Both the position numbers and the translations under genes were made by a program. The notes beneath the pieces were generated by a model. That model searched no databases. It was not told where the DNA came from and worked only from the letters and a program-made list of their open reading frames with translations. Source: an uncultured Burkholderiales bacterium (GTDB lineage Bacteria > Actinomycetota > Acidimicrobiia > IMCC26256 > JAGPDB01). Taken from it: a stretch of 64,000 nucleotides of DNA. The stretch spans positions 2,920 to 66,919 of the forward strand of contig CAYMMG010000004.1 in assembly GCA_964391505.1 (NCBI GenBank). Direction: 5' to 3'. This document shows, piece by piece, positions 40,282-49,763 of the stretch; position 1 is the first letter of the stretch; each line of letters begins with the position of its first letter.

Positions 40282-40889
40282 GCACCTTCATCTTGGCTAG
40301 GTGCGGATGACGTGATCCCGTCGTCGTACGTGCTTCGCAATGCGCCGCCTGCCGAAATCACGTCATCCGCACCGGCAAGTTCAGTATTTGTTTGAGATGA
40401 TGATCCTTGAATCAAGCTCGACGAATTTTCGGTCCGCCTCTCATTCAGAAACCCCTGAGAGCGTGTAATCGGAGTTAAGAGTGAAGACACTTTTGCTGTC
40501 AAAGGCCCGAAGTTGAGTGCTCCGCTAGCGAGAAGGTAAGCAAAAGGAACAAGCAGAATGAGAAGAAAGATTCCCATAACGGCAAGACCTGCCGAACCAA
40601 GTCCTGTAATATCCACACCGTTAACTTCACGTTTAATAAACACGGTTGAGAAGGGGTAGAGAAAGATAATTTCTACGTCAACAATAATAAACGCAATTGC
40701 CAAAATATAGAACTTCACACCGAAGCGTTGTTGTTCATCATTTTCTGGAATGATTCCACATTCATACGAAGCCGTCTTTGCCATCGTGCGGCGCTTTGGT
40801 GCTAGCAATGTTGATGCAAAAAATGATCCCGCCAAAAAGAGTAAAGCAATTCCTAGGAAGATCACAATGGGCAAATAGGAACGGATCAT
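40278..40889 (-). CDS. nuoA: Complex I subunit A (operon 2) with long C-terminal extension
   Basis: [24 protein letters not shown]. Confidence 0.92.
   Translation of the reverse strand: MIRSYLPIVIFLGIALLFLAGSFFASTLLAPKRRTMAKTASYECGIIPENDEQQRFGVKFYILAIAFIIVDVEIIFLYPFSTVFIKREVNGVDITGLGSAGLAVMGIFLLILLVPFAYLLASGALNFGPLTAKVSSLLTPITRSQGFLNERRTENSSSLIQGSSSQTNTELAGADDVISAGGALRSTYDDGITSSAPSQDEGA
40300..40373. repeat. 17-bp perfect inverted repeat inside the nuoA2 extension
   Basis: GGTGCGGATGACGTGAT (40300-40316) / ATCACGTCATCCGCACC (40357-40373). Confidence 0.85.
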
Positions 40890-40903
40890 GTAATGGTTTA
40901 GCC

Positions 40904-41194
40904 TTAGTTTGTCGTATCCGTGTTGTCAGAATCGTTTTTTGGATTGCGATCTTTGTTTTTCTTAATGCGATCCATCGTAAACATTGCGATCAAACATCCT
41001 GCAACCACAAGAAAGAGAACAACAAATGCGAAGCCGCCGCCGCCCGGTTGGGTTCCGCCACCTTGTTCCCCAGAAGCATCCACAATGACACCGCCACGAT
41101 CATCTCCGCAGGACGTGACGATAAGCGCTACAGACGCGATTAAGCAACTCAGGCGAAGTGCACGATAGGAGAAATTACAAGAAAGCTTATTCAT
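40904..41194 (-). CDS. Small putative lipoprotein/membrane protein
   Basis: Lipobox-like IVTS-C, Gly-rich linker, one TM; abuts neighbours in the operon. Confidence 0.6.
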   Translation of the reverse strand: MNKLSCNFSYRALRLSCLIASVALIVTSCGDDRGGVIVDASGEQGGGTQPGGGGFAFVVLFLVVAGCLIAMFTMDRIKKNKDRNPKNDSDNTDTTN

Positions 41195-42021
41195 TATGCA
41201 TCCACCAATTCGTCTTCACTTTTAGATTCATCCAAAGCATCGCTGTCGTGTGACTCTGCTTCTTTTTTCGCTCTCTCGTCTCGTTCTCTCCAGTGAAGAG
41301 CCATCAAGAACATACCCAAAAGTACGGCTGATCCTAGAAACAAAAACAATGGGGGTTGGCGTAGTGAACCGAGATCTTTTTCCAAAATCAAAAATTTGTG
41401 GTTCTCTTCTGCGCCTTCAGATAAATCACATGTAGAACGAAATGCTGTTTCAGACTTTTCTTTATCGAGCTGGCAATACTCTGCGGCGGCATATTGCGGA
41501 GTGTGTGTAATTTCAAAATGTAGAGGGTTGGGTTGTGACCCTCCCACTTCGTAGATGTTCGTAACAATCACATCTGCTCCAGGTAGATCTTCAGCAATCG
41601 CCTCTGGTTGCTCAACCTCTGCACCTTCTGCGGCAGGAGCCAAAAATGTGTCAGCAGCTGCCTTCACATTTGCGTACTCAGTAGACGTTAGTTTGATCCC
41701 GTTGGTTTCAATTGTTTTGACTTCTTTTATTTCGGACTTTTTTAGTTCTTCAACAATGCCGACTGCTTTCCACTGAACTTGGCGTCCCTTAAAAACATTA
41801 AGAGGAGTTGCGGTCGTAACCCACAGAACAGACAAAATCATGATGAAACCTGTTGCAATTGAGCCCACAACTAAAAAGCCCTGACGAGAACCGATGTTGG
41901 TGGCAAGCAAAAGATACGTTGAACCAAAAAACATACCGATAGCTGAAAGTACAACTAACCAACCCAGGCTTAATGGGTACCATGTTGTCTTTTCGACTAC
42001 TTCACTAGCGAGCATCCACAT
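41194..42021 (-). CDS. Membrane protein in the Rieske/cytochrome b cluster
   Basis: Two N-terminal TMs, soluble domain, C-terminal TM; stop/start overlaps with neighbours. Confidence 0.75.
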   Translation of the reverse strand: MWMLASEVVEKTTWYPLSLGWLVVLSAIGMFFGSTYLLLATNIGSRQGFLVVGSIATGFIMILSVLWVTTATPLNVFKGRQVQWKAVGIVEELKKSEIKEVKTIETNGIKLTSTEYANVKAAADTFLAPAAEGAEVEQPEAIAEDLPGADVIVTNIYEVGGSQPNPLHFEITHTPQYAAAEYCQLDKEKSETAFRSTCDLSEGAEENHKFLILEKDLGSLRQPPLFLFLGSAVLLGMFLMALHWRERDERAKKEAESHDSDALDESKSEDELVDA

Positions 42022-43997
42022 CAGTCTTCGCCTTCCCTATCTGTAGACGCACCCGTCGAACCTGATTTTGTTGAATCGCTTGATGTGCCACTATTCGAAT
42101 TTGTTGAGGTCTTTGTCGAACCGTCATTGGTATCCGTAAGGAGCCCAGAACCGAGATTGCGGACGCCCAATGAATTGTTGCCTAGACCGCTGAGATTTTG
42201 ACGTTCATAGAGAACAATCGCATTGATTTGCTCATCGTCAAGCAAGCGACCAGCAGGGGTATTAAATCCCGGCATTCGACCCGAACCAATTCCTCGAGCA
42301 CCGTAAGCAGCTTGAAAGACTGAACCATTGGCAATGAAATTAAACTGGTCCTTCTCGTTAATAAACTGGCGAAGAACACCGCCCGAACTTAGGTTCGGTC
42401 CAAATGCGCCTGTTCCTTGCGGAGCTGCAAGAGGGATGCGTGCATTGCTTGGCGTGAAATAAGACCAACCTTTGGTGTGACATCGTGCACAGTTAGATTC
42501 AAAAAGTAGTTGTCCATCAGATTCGGTTTGCAATTGAGCCAAGCGCGCCTGTGCGTTTACTAAACCTTCAGGAGCAAAAATAGTAGATGTGGCTCTTGCT
42601 GTTGCAAGTGCATCGCGTGACTCAATAAGATTCTGTGCAATATTTTTTACACGTTGCACTTCAACTAGTTGAGCATCTGCTTTACTCGAAGCTTTTTTGT
42701 TGTTCTTCAGCTTTGCTTCTTCAATAACTTTTTCAAGTTTGATTTCTGTTTGAGCTTTTTCAAGTTGATCCAAATATTCCTGCGGATTACCAAAGGCCGA
42801 AAGAACAGATTCAGCGTTGTATGCAGCGAACGCCTTGTCGTAATCGCTTTGAGCACTAATCAGCGCAGCGGGGGCTCCTTCGTTTACAAGTTTTTGCGCA
42901 GTTTCAACCGCAGATTGTGCTTTTGCAATGGCATCTTCACGAATGTATTCCGTTTCTGTTTTTGCTTCAATCGCTTTCAGTGCCGCTTTTTCACTGTCGA
43001 GTGCAGCTTGGGCAGCTACGACCTCTTCGTTCTTATTTACTTCAGCGGGATCAGTACCACCTTCAAGCGCTTTTTCCTTTGCAGTAGTCAATGCAGCTTT
43101 GGCCGTCGCAATTTTCTTCTTTTGTTTGATGATTTCACCAGACCGCAAAGGTTGTGCGGCTTCATCAGCAGGTAGTTGAATCGAAGCTATGAAATTCACA
43201 AGGTCGTCAATGGCCTGTTCGTTCATCGGCCCACCGCCAGCGACTCCCCATGCAGGCATTGGTGTACCTGGGCGACCATAGGTGAGAATGTCATATACCT
43301 GACTTCGACAATCTGCAGTAGTTCGCTGTTCGGATAGTCGACATGAAGAAGTGAAGGGTTTACCTGCCTCAGTTTTTCGAATGGGATACTTATACATCAC
43401 GGTATTAAGCGCTGGAGCTTCCCAAGGAACCGAAACTGTGATGCAATCTGGATTGGTGTATTTTTTGTCATCCGCACACGCGGCATCCGTCTCAGGATCT
43501 TTCAACGACTTTAACGTGTAGTTAATTGTACCGCCATCGGAGTAACGACCGGTTTCGGGGTCGTACCCTCCATGACAGTTTGCACATTGGAGAGATTGAA
43601 CGTTGTTGTACCCCAACATTGACTCGTTGGCGAATAAAACCTGTCCACGGCGCACGCTGCGTGTTTCGAAAGACGTTGACATCTTTGCCTGACGCGTAGG
43701 TTCCCATACGTAATAAAGAGCAATAGAAATAGCAACGACTGCTACAGCAATCAGGGCAACCGAAAGCGTACGTTCAAGCTTCTTTGTTTCTAGAACATCG
43801 TCCTCATAAAAGGTAGTGATATTTTGCGCGTTTTTTTCACCGCGCTTTTTCGTCGCCACACTAAACGCGATTCCTAACGCGATAAAGAGTGTAATAATCG
43901 CACCAAAGAGCAGAAGAGATTTAATCGATACGGGGTGATCAAAGCGATCACGAAATGCATTTCCCGCGAGAACAGGGTTCATAAGAGCTAAACGCAT
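42021..43997 (-). CDS. Membrane-anchored diheme cytochrome c with long helical insert
   Basis: CANCH and CARCH; distal Met motifs GTPMPAW and GRMPGF. Confidence 0.9.
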   Translation of the reverse strand: MRLALMNPVLAGNAFRDRFDHPVSIKSLLLFGAIITLFIALGIAFSVATKKRGEKNAQNITTFYEDDVLETKKLERTLSVALIAVAVVAISIALYYVWEPTRQAKMSTSFETRSVRRGQVLFANESMLGYNNVQSLQCANCHGGYDPETGRYSDGGTINYTLKSLKDPETDAACADDKKYTNPDCITVSVPWEAPALNTVMYKYPIRKTEAGKPFTSSCRLSEQRTTADCRSQVYDILTYGRPGTPMPAWGVAGGGPMNEQAIDDLVNFIASIQLPADEAAQPLRSGEIIKQKKKIATAKAALTTAKEKALEGGTDPAEVNKNEEVVAAQAALDSEKAALKAIEAKTETEYIREDAIAKAQSAVETAQKLVNEGAPAALISAQSDYDKAFAAYNAESVLSAFGNPQEYLDQLEKAQTEIKLEKVIEEAKLKNNKKASSKADAQLVEVQRVKNIAQNLIESRDALATARATSTIFAPEGLVNAQARLAQLQTESDGQLLFESNCARCHTKGWSYFTPSNARIPLAAPQGTGAFGPNLSSGGVLRQFINEKDQFNFIANGSVFQAAYGARGIGSGRMPGFNTPAGRLLDDEQINAIVLYERQNLSGLGNNSLGVRNLGSGLLTDTNDGSTKTSTNSNSGTSSDSTKSGSTGASTDREGED

Positions 43998-44812
43998 ACG
44001 GGTCCTTCCGCTCCTTGACGAGTTGTGTTCGTTCCAATTGGAGGACCAGACACAACTTCCGAAAGATTCGTATTAATAACTAGTTTGCCATCGACGACGT
44101 CGAAAGAAAATCTATCCATACCGCGTGGAGCTGGGCCACCAGTTTTTTCGCCTACTCTGTTGTACTTTGAGCCGTGACAAGGACATTCGAACCATTGTGA
44201 TGTTTCACACCAAGGAACACGGCACCCCAAGTGCGGGCACTTTTGGTAAAGAGCAACAACGCCTTGATTGACCATTCCGTCAATAATTTTTTGACTTTCG
44301 GTATACGCTGGCGTTTTTTCTGCAGATTCGATTGCGGCGGGATTGTCATTAGGGTACTGGACGATGTATGCACGAGCTTCGGGAATATAGAAAGGTTTTT
44401 TCTGACTTGTGATCTGAGCGATAATGTCAGTCAACGGAGTCGTTACGTTAACAATTCCACCGAATCCTCCTTTACCGGAAGGAATCAAGAAAGCAAGCAA
44501 GCTTGAAAGGAACGGCAAACCGAAACCAAGACCGAGAAGCGCATAAATCGATCGGTTCATAAACTTACGTCGAGAAATGCCGATTGCATCCTCGTCGACT
44601 TGTTCTCGTTTTACGACGCGTGCAGATAATGCAGATTGTTCAACTGAATCACGATCGACACCATCCGGTAATTCAGTGGGTGCATTTTCTAAAGATTCAT
44701 TAACATCCATAGCACCAGCACGTGCCGCATTTCTCCCTAAAAGGAGAACACTGGCAGCAGCACAAAGCAAAACTGCTGAAAGTGCAAAAACGATGATTGT
44801 TGACTGACTCAC
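43988..44812 (-). CDS. Rieske iron-sulfur subunit
   Basis: SRRKF Tat-like motif plus TM, CPHLGC and CPCHGS boxes. Confidence 0.93.
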   Translation of the reverse strand: MSQSTIIVFALSAVLLCAAASVLLLGRNAARAGAMDVNESLENAPTELPDGVDRDSVEQSALSARVVKREQVDEDAIGISRRKFMNRSIYALLGLGFGLPFLSSLLAFLIPSGKGGFGGIVNVTTPLTDIIAQITSQKKPFYIPEARAYIVQYPNDNPAAIESAEKTPAYTESQKIIDGMVNQGVVALYQKCPHLGCRVPWCETSQWFECPCHGSKYNRVGEKTGGPAPRGMDRFSFDVVDGKLVINTNLSEVVSGPPIGTNTTRQGAEGPVCV

Positions 44813-44815
44813 TTC

Positions 44816-44917
44816 TTATTTCCTCTTAGCTGTAAGTTTTGTTTGCATGTTTACATTTCGTTGCTTAGGGGTTTTGGGAGCTGACGCTCCGACCCAGGGT
44901 TTTGTTTCAACTTCCAT
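44816..44917 (-). CDS. Candidate 33-aa mini-ORF (MEVETKPWVGASAPKTPKQRNVNMQTKLTAKRK)
   Basis: Open frame between subunit IV stop and Rieske start, same frame as both; contains GGAGC-N4-GCTCC hairpin. Confidence 0.3.
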   Translation of the reverse strand: MEVETKPWVGASAPKTPKQRNVNMQTKLTAKRK

Positions 44918-44941
44918 TTCAGCTCGAACCTCTGCTTGCTT

Positions 44942-44971
44942 GTCTATTTTGAACTACAGTTCAAAATAGAC
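44942..44971. repeat. 14-bp perfect palindrome centred near the subunit IV stop codon
   Basis: GTCTATTTTGAACT-AC-AGTTCAAAATAGAC. Confidence 0.75.
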
Positions 44972-45823
44972 GCCATCCTTCATCGGGAAAACAAAGTTGA
45001 AACCTTGTCCTCGGAAGAATGAACCAATGATGACCAGTACTGCCCAAAAGATAAGGAAGATTGTCATCATTGCAATGGCGTACTTTCTTCTTTCAGGATT
45101 GTTCGAGGGATTGCGATCGTAGTACGGCGTTAAAGCCAACAACACCAATGCAACCCCCGGGATTGTCACACCTGCAACCATGGGATGGAACATGGTCAGA
45201 AGTTCTTGCAAACCTAAAAAGTACCAAGGTGCTTTCGACGGGTTTGGAGTTTGATTGATGTCAGCTAAGCCCAAGAGTGGTGCGCGTACCAACATTGAGA
45301 AAATAAATAATCCTGCAGAAACAATCAGCATCGATCCAAATTCGACAGAAACAAGGTGAGGCCATGTGTGAACCTTGTCTTGCGCCTCAGCTTTAGTTTG
45401 CTGGATCGAACCTGATTTAACAACTGTCAACAAACGATGTGTATGTCCATCGGGTCCCTGCATCGCCGGTGCACCTGATGGCGCAGCGCCTGCAGCCGGT
45501 GCTGCTGCACCGCCACCGACTGATGCCGCAGGAGCTTCGCCCGAAAGCACCGCTCGTCGTTTGGCTGATCGTTGAAAAAGAAACTCAGGTACTTTAGCTG
45601 CGATACCTGTTCGTACAGGAGGAGCTTCTTCAGCTGCTGGCGCAGGCGCAACCTCTGCCGAAGTTGCGGCTGACGCAGAATCGCCCGCCGAAGCGACTGG
45701 ATCAGAAGCTTTAGCTTCTGCATTCGCCGGCGAGGATGATTCTGCGGAAGCATTTGCTTCTGCAGCTAGTTGTGCTTTGCGTTCTGCAGCACGTTTGAGG
45801 AGGTGTTCAGGAATTTCTGCCAT
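44954..45823 (-). CDS. Cytochrome b subunit IV (PetD-like) with Ala-rich N-terminal extension
   Basis: TWPHL, TPNPSKAPWYFLGLQE (PEWY-equivalent), three TMs, PYYDRNP. Confidence 0.85.
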   Translation of the reverse strand: MAEIPEHLLKRAAERKAQLAAEANASAESSSPANAEAKASDPVASAGDSASAATSAEVAPAPAAEEAPPVRTGIAAKVPEFLFQRSAKRRAVLSGEAPAASVGGGAAAPAAGAAPSGAPAMQGPDGHTHRLLTVVKSGSIQQTKAEAQDKVHTWPHLVSVEFGSMLIVSAGLFIFSMLVRAPLLGLADINQTPNPSKAPWYFLGLQELLTMFHPMVAGVTIPGVALVLLALTPYYDRNPSNNPERRKYAIAMMTIFLIFWAVLVIIGSFFRGQGFNFVFPMKDGVYFEL

Positions 45824-45832
45824 GGTTCACCT

Positions 45833-46609
45833 TTACAACGGTCCTGAAATTCCGCCATCTTTACGCACACGCCAGAAGTGAACGGCCATAAAGATAACGA
45901 TGACGAAGGGTAAGAGGAATACGTGAAGCACGTACCATCTCAAAAGCGTGTCTCCGGAAATGACATTTCCGCCCAGCAACACAAACTGAACGTTGGTACG
46001 CAATACGGGGGAATACCCCATCATGTTGGTACCGACAGTCACAGCCCATAGCGCAAGTTGGTCCCATGGAAGAAGGTATCCCGTGAAACTTAAAAGCAAT
46101 GTGAGTGTGAGCAAAATAATTCCGATGACCCAGTTAAATTCTCGTGGAGCTTTATATGCACCGTGATAGAAAACGCGCGCCATATGTAAAAACACGCTGA
46201 GCACCATAAGGTGTGCTGCCCATCGGTGCATGTTACGAACAAAGCTGCCGAAGTACACAGCGGTTTCTAAAGTTTGAATATCAGCCCACGCCTGTTCGGC
46301 CGTAGGTCGATAAAAGAACATGAGAAAAACGCCGGTGACGGTTAATACCATGAACAAGAAGAACGATAACCCACCGAGACACAACGTGTATGAAACTTTG
46401 ACGGCGTGTCGTTTTACTTTCACCGGATGCAAGTGGTACAAAACATTGTTCATGATCACATACGAACGGTTACGCGGTGAATCGGTATAGCCTTTTCTAA
46501 ACACTGAACCAGGACGAAAGATAGAGTTCATCGCCTGGGAGTCATGCATGCGCGCGCCAACGCGTTTCAGAACCGCTATTGGGTTTTTAGATTTAGTCTC
46601 TGTAGCCAC
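45833..46609 (-). CDS. Cytochrome b6-type subunit (PetB-like)
   Basis: CLGG, HRWAAH..H, FTGYLLPWDQ, 14 residues between last two His ligands, C-terminal GISGPL. Confidence 0.92.
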   Translation of the reverse strand: MATETKSKNPIAVLKRVGARMHDSQAMNSIFRPGSVFRKGYTDSPRNRSYVIMNNVLYHLHPVKVKRHAVKVSYTLCLGGLSFFLFMVLTVTGVFLMFFYRPTAEQAWADIQTLETAVYFGSFVRNMHRWAAHLMVLSVFLHMARVFYHGAYKAPREFNWVIGIILLTLTLLLSFTGYLLPWDQLALWAVTVGTNMMGYSPVLRTNVQFVLLGGNVISGDTLLRWYVLHVFLLPFVIVIFMAVHFWRVRKDGGISGPL

Positions 46610-46633
46610 GATTTCCTTTTCTCCTCAACACAA

Positions 46634-47047
46634 CTAAAAACGTACACCGTATGCATAGCCGTGACGTTCCGTACGCATATGCGGGTCGCCGTCAGCTGTG
46701 TCTGTTGAAACTTTTCCAAGAACAATAACGCCTGTAGGGCAACGATCTACACACAGAGCGCATCGTGTACAAATATCTTCATCCACAATAAACGCAACAT
46801 TGTCTCGAGGGTCATCGCCAGGCTGATCAGTTGATTGCGCATCGGTAATGGCGTTTACAGAAACCATGTGAATACATTTCCATGGGCAGATGTCGACACA
46901 CCCTTCGCACATGATGCATTCGCTCTGGTCGATGTGGAGAAACTGTTTAGGCTTAACGGAGCTCAGCAGGTATGACGGGTCAACCTCAGCAACGAGGTAG
47001 TCGGTTGAAAAAACCGGCATCTCTGGATTTGCATCGATCTTTACCAT
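46634..47047 (-). CDS. 2x[4Fe-4S] ferredoxin-like protein
   Basis: CIMCEGCVDICP and CTRCALCVDRCP. Confidence 0.9.
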   Translation of the reverse strand: MVKIDANPEMPVFSTDYLVAEVDPSYLLSSVKPKQFLHIDQSECIMCEGCVDICPWKCIHMVSVNAITDAQSTDQPGDDPRDNVAFIVDEDICTRCALCVDRCPTGVIVLGKVSTDTADGDPHMRTERHGYAYGVRF

Positions 47048-47056
47048 GATTACTTC

Positions 47057-47980
47057 TTACGCCTTCGATGCTTTCAGCGCGCGAAGCGGACGACCGAAAC
47101 GCGAAACTTTGGTGGGTGAATCTGATGAATCATCGGTTGCGGGAATAGCGATTGGTTCGTTGCGTTTTTGCCATGCTGCAAAAAGCTTTACATTAATGAC
47201 TGCTGTGATGACGTAGATCGCCATGGTCGCATTGTCTTGTACTGCTTCCATGTTCAACTCAAAAGGCAACACGCGGGTACGACTGGTCCAGAAGTTACCG
47301 TTTAGCCAGGTCTGAATAACGAATTCTCCACCTGCGGAAAGCTTGACGTCTTTGGTAAAGCCTAAATAGCTTGTCGCGAAAGTAATCCACTCGTGAGGAA
47401 TGATCGCGTATATAAAAGTCATTAAAACAAAACTCGCAAGTGCGCCTGCGATTGCTTCTGCCCATGTTGCGTCATTAACCCGACGCGGCAACGACCAAAT
47501 ATATAGTGAAATTGAGCCAATAAGGACGAGCGCCATGCCCCAAGCCGTAAGGATTGAAATTGAGTGAACAAAACCACCAAGAACGTAGAGCGCAACCACC
47601 GCTGCAGCAGTACCGGCAATATGTACACGTCGTGAAAAAGGAAGTGAAAGGGGAGAAAAATTGATCGACATAATCATGGCCCAAATTCCGCAAATAAAAC
47701 TAAACCATGCAATCATGAATCCAAAAGGAATGAGTGTGTCGCCCGTTAATGAATTTTCCATAATGGTTTTTCCCGCAACCACCATAGAGACTCCGGCGCC
47801 TATTCCCACAACGAAAATACCGGGTCCTGCGAGTTTCGTTTTCACTGCAGGTCTCTTCATCAACATCATGACCCAGAGCAAACCTATAGTCGTAAAAAGA
47901 ATTGACCAAACAAGACGTCCGCCAGGACCTATCCATACTGGATTGTAGAAAAAAACAGAGTCAGGCAAAAGGTGCGGCAA
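47057..47980 (-). CDS. Polytopic membrane protein, first gene of the respiratory cluster
   Basis: About 7 hydrophobic segments, IIPHEW, C-terminal SRFGRPL. Confidence 0.75.
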   Translation of the reverse strand: MPHLLPDSVFFYNPVWIGPGGRLVWSILFTTIGLLWVMMLMKRPAVKTKLAGPGIFVVGIGAGVSMVVAGKTIMENSLTGDTLIPFGFMIAWFSFICGIWAMIMSINFSPLSLPFSRRVHIAGTAAAVVALYVLGGFVHSISILTAWGMALVLIGSISLYIWSLPRRVNDATWAEAIAGALASFVLMTFIYAIIPHEWITFATSYLGFTKDVKLSAGGEFVIQTWLNGNFWTSRTRVLPFELNMEAVQDNATMAIYVITAVINVKLFAAWQKRNEPIAIPATDDSSDSPTKVSRFGRPLRALKASKA

Positions 47981-48223
47981 TTTCCTATCCTTCTTTAACT
48001 TTCTATTCGTCTATATTCCTGAGAGAACAATATGTGATTTTGGGCGCGGGCGTCCGTTTGTGCACTGTCCGAATCGGTCGAAAGTGTACGCTTCGAGTGT
48101 AGACGAATGCAGCGATGGCATAAGAAACCATTGACGGATTTTTTTGAAAATTCTAAAGACTCGAAATGACTCATCGAACTTCTGCTCACTCATTTCTTTG
48201 GGGAGGGTCCGACCTTGGAAAAG

Positions 48224-48347
48224 CGCAAGACGGGATACAACTGAACGAACTGCTGCAGACTCGCTGCTTTGGGGGAGGATCCGACCTTGGAAAAGATTAA
48301 GCCTCTGTAGGCACTTTCTTTTCTTTTCCAAGATCAGACCCTAACTA
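48224..48347 (+). repeat. ~125-bp structured repeat, copy A (partial extra unit at 48201-48223)
   Basis: Matches the reverse complement of 58167..58292, with identical blocks ACAACTGAACGAACTGCTGC and CTTTTCCAAGATCAGACCCTAACTA. Confidence 0.9.
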
Positions 48348-48393
48348 ACCTATATAGGACAGTCCGATTCACAATTAAAGCAAGGCCGCTAAA

Positions 48394-49713
48394 ATGTCCG
48401 ATTCTCATCGCTCTCTCATTCCGAACATCACCGGCGTCGTCAATCCGGAATCGAATTCAGCCGAAAATTATGACGCCGTCGTGATCGGCGCTGGACCATC
48501 AGGTTCATCGTGCGCCTATTGGCTTGCTTCAAGTGGATATAGAGTTGCCTTAGTCGAGAAAAAGGCATTTCCTCGTGAAAAAACTTGTGGCGACGGATTG
48601 ACTCCCCGAGCTGTTTACCAGCTGCAAAAAATGGGATTAACGGATGAACTAAGACAATTTCACCGCTATGATGGCCTCCGCTCAATTGCCTTTGGGAGGA
48701 CGTTGGAGCTGCCATGGCCGAAACATCCTATTTTGCCGGATTATGGCTATGTCGCTCGACGCAGCGAGATCGACCAACTCGTTGCTAGTAATGCTGAACG
48801 TCAAGGCGTCGATATTTATATGGGATATGAAGCAAAGGAACCGGAATTCAGCACTGAGACGGGTGCTATTTCGACTGTATATATAGAGGATAAGAATCAG
48901 AGACGATTCGCACTAAATACCCGATATGTTTCTATTTGCGAGGGTTCTACGCCTCGCTTTGGCCGTCATGTGGGGTTAGTTCGTGACAAAAGCTACCCAA
49001 TGGGCATGGCAATTCGTGGATATTACCGTTCGCCAATGCATGATGATCCGTGGATTGAAAGCCACCTTGACTTGGTGGACAAGAACGGCGATTTTCTTCC
49101 TGGTTATGGATGGATCTTCCCCGTAGGTGACGGAACCATCAACGTAGGCGTTGGTTTACTTTCCACATTCAAAGGGTACAAAGACATCAATACCTCTCGA
49201 CTAATGGAAACTTTCTGCGAAATTGCGCCGAGCTATTGGGAAATTTCTCCTGAAACGAGTTGCGGACCCCCCACCGGAGGCAAACTCCCCACCGGGGGAA
49301 GCACAGGGCCAAAAGTGGGAATTAATTGGGTAGTGGCAGGTGACAGCGCAGGTTTGGTGAATCCTTTTAACGGAGAAGGCATTGCGTATGGATATGAAAC
49401 AGGCGCCATGGCTGCGGATGCAATCATCTGTGCCATTAAAAACGATGATCCTCGTGAATTGCACACTTACACCGATGCGTTAACGAAAGAATTCGGTCAA
49501 TATTACAAAGTTGCCCGAATGTTTGTGAAGTACATTGGGAACCCGCGAGTTATGCGCGAATGCGTACGCGTTGGCATGCACTCAAAGCCGTTAATGTCAT
49601 GGCTACTGCGGATCATGGCAAACTTGATGAGGCCCGAGGAAAAGGGCATTGCTGAGAACGCATACAAAGCGTTGGCAGCTATTGTTGCACGGGAAAAAAC
49701 AGAGATTCGTTAG
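48394..49713 (+). CDS. Geranylgeranyl reductase family FAD oxidoreductase (MenJ-like menaquinone side-chain reductase)
   Basis: GAGPSG, REKTCGDGLTPRA, GYGWIFP, GDSAGLVNPFNGEGI. Confidence 0.88.
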   Translation: MSDSHRSLIPNITGVVNPESNSAENYDAVVIGAGPSGSSCAYWLASSGYRVALVEKKAFPREKTCGDGLTPRAVYQLQKMGLTDELRQFHRYDGLRSIAFGRTLELPWPKHPILPDYGYVARRSEIDQLVASNAERQGVDIYMGYEAKEPEFSTETGAISTVYIEDKNQRRFALNTRYVSICEGSTPRFGRHVGLVRDKSYPMGMAIRGYYRSPMHDDPWIESHLDLVDKNGDFLPGYGWIFPVGDGTINVGVGLLSTFKGYKDINTSRLMETFCEIAPSYWEISPETSCGPPTGGKLPTGGSTGPKVGINWVVAGDSAGLVNPFNGEGIAYGYETGAMAADAIICAIKNDDPRELHTYTDALTKEFGQYYKVARMFVKYIGNPRVMRECVRVGMHSKPLMSWLLRIMANLMRPEEKGIAENAYKALAAIVAREKTEIR

Positions 49714-49763
49714 TAATAATTTCGCATTTACGCTAGATCCGCACTTGCGAGTAGGATCGCGTC

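Noticed and set aside
44954..44956. Pyrrolysine-type recoding of the TAG
   Set aside because: No pyl genes or suppressor tRNA in the window, and several other genes here end normally in TAG
48011..48344. ORFs 48011..48331 (-) and 48144..48344 (+) with repeated LFQGR(I/T)LP
   Set aside because: They are translations of the intergenic palindromic repeat, with no independent coding evidence
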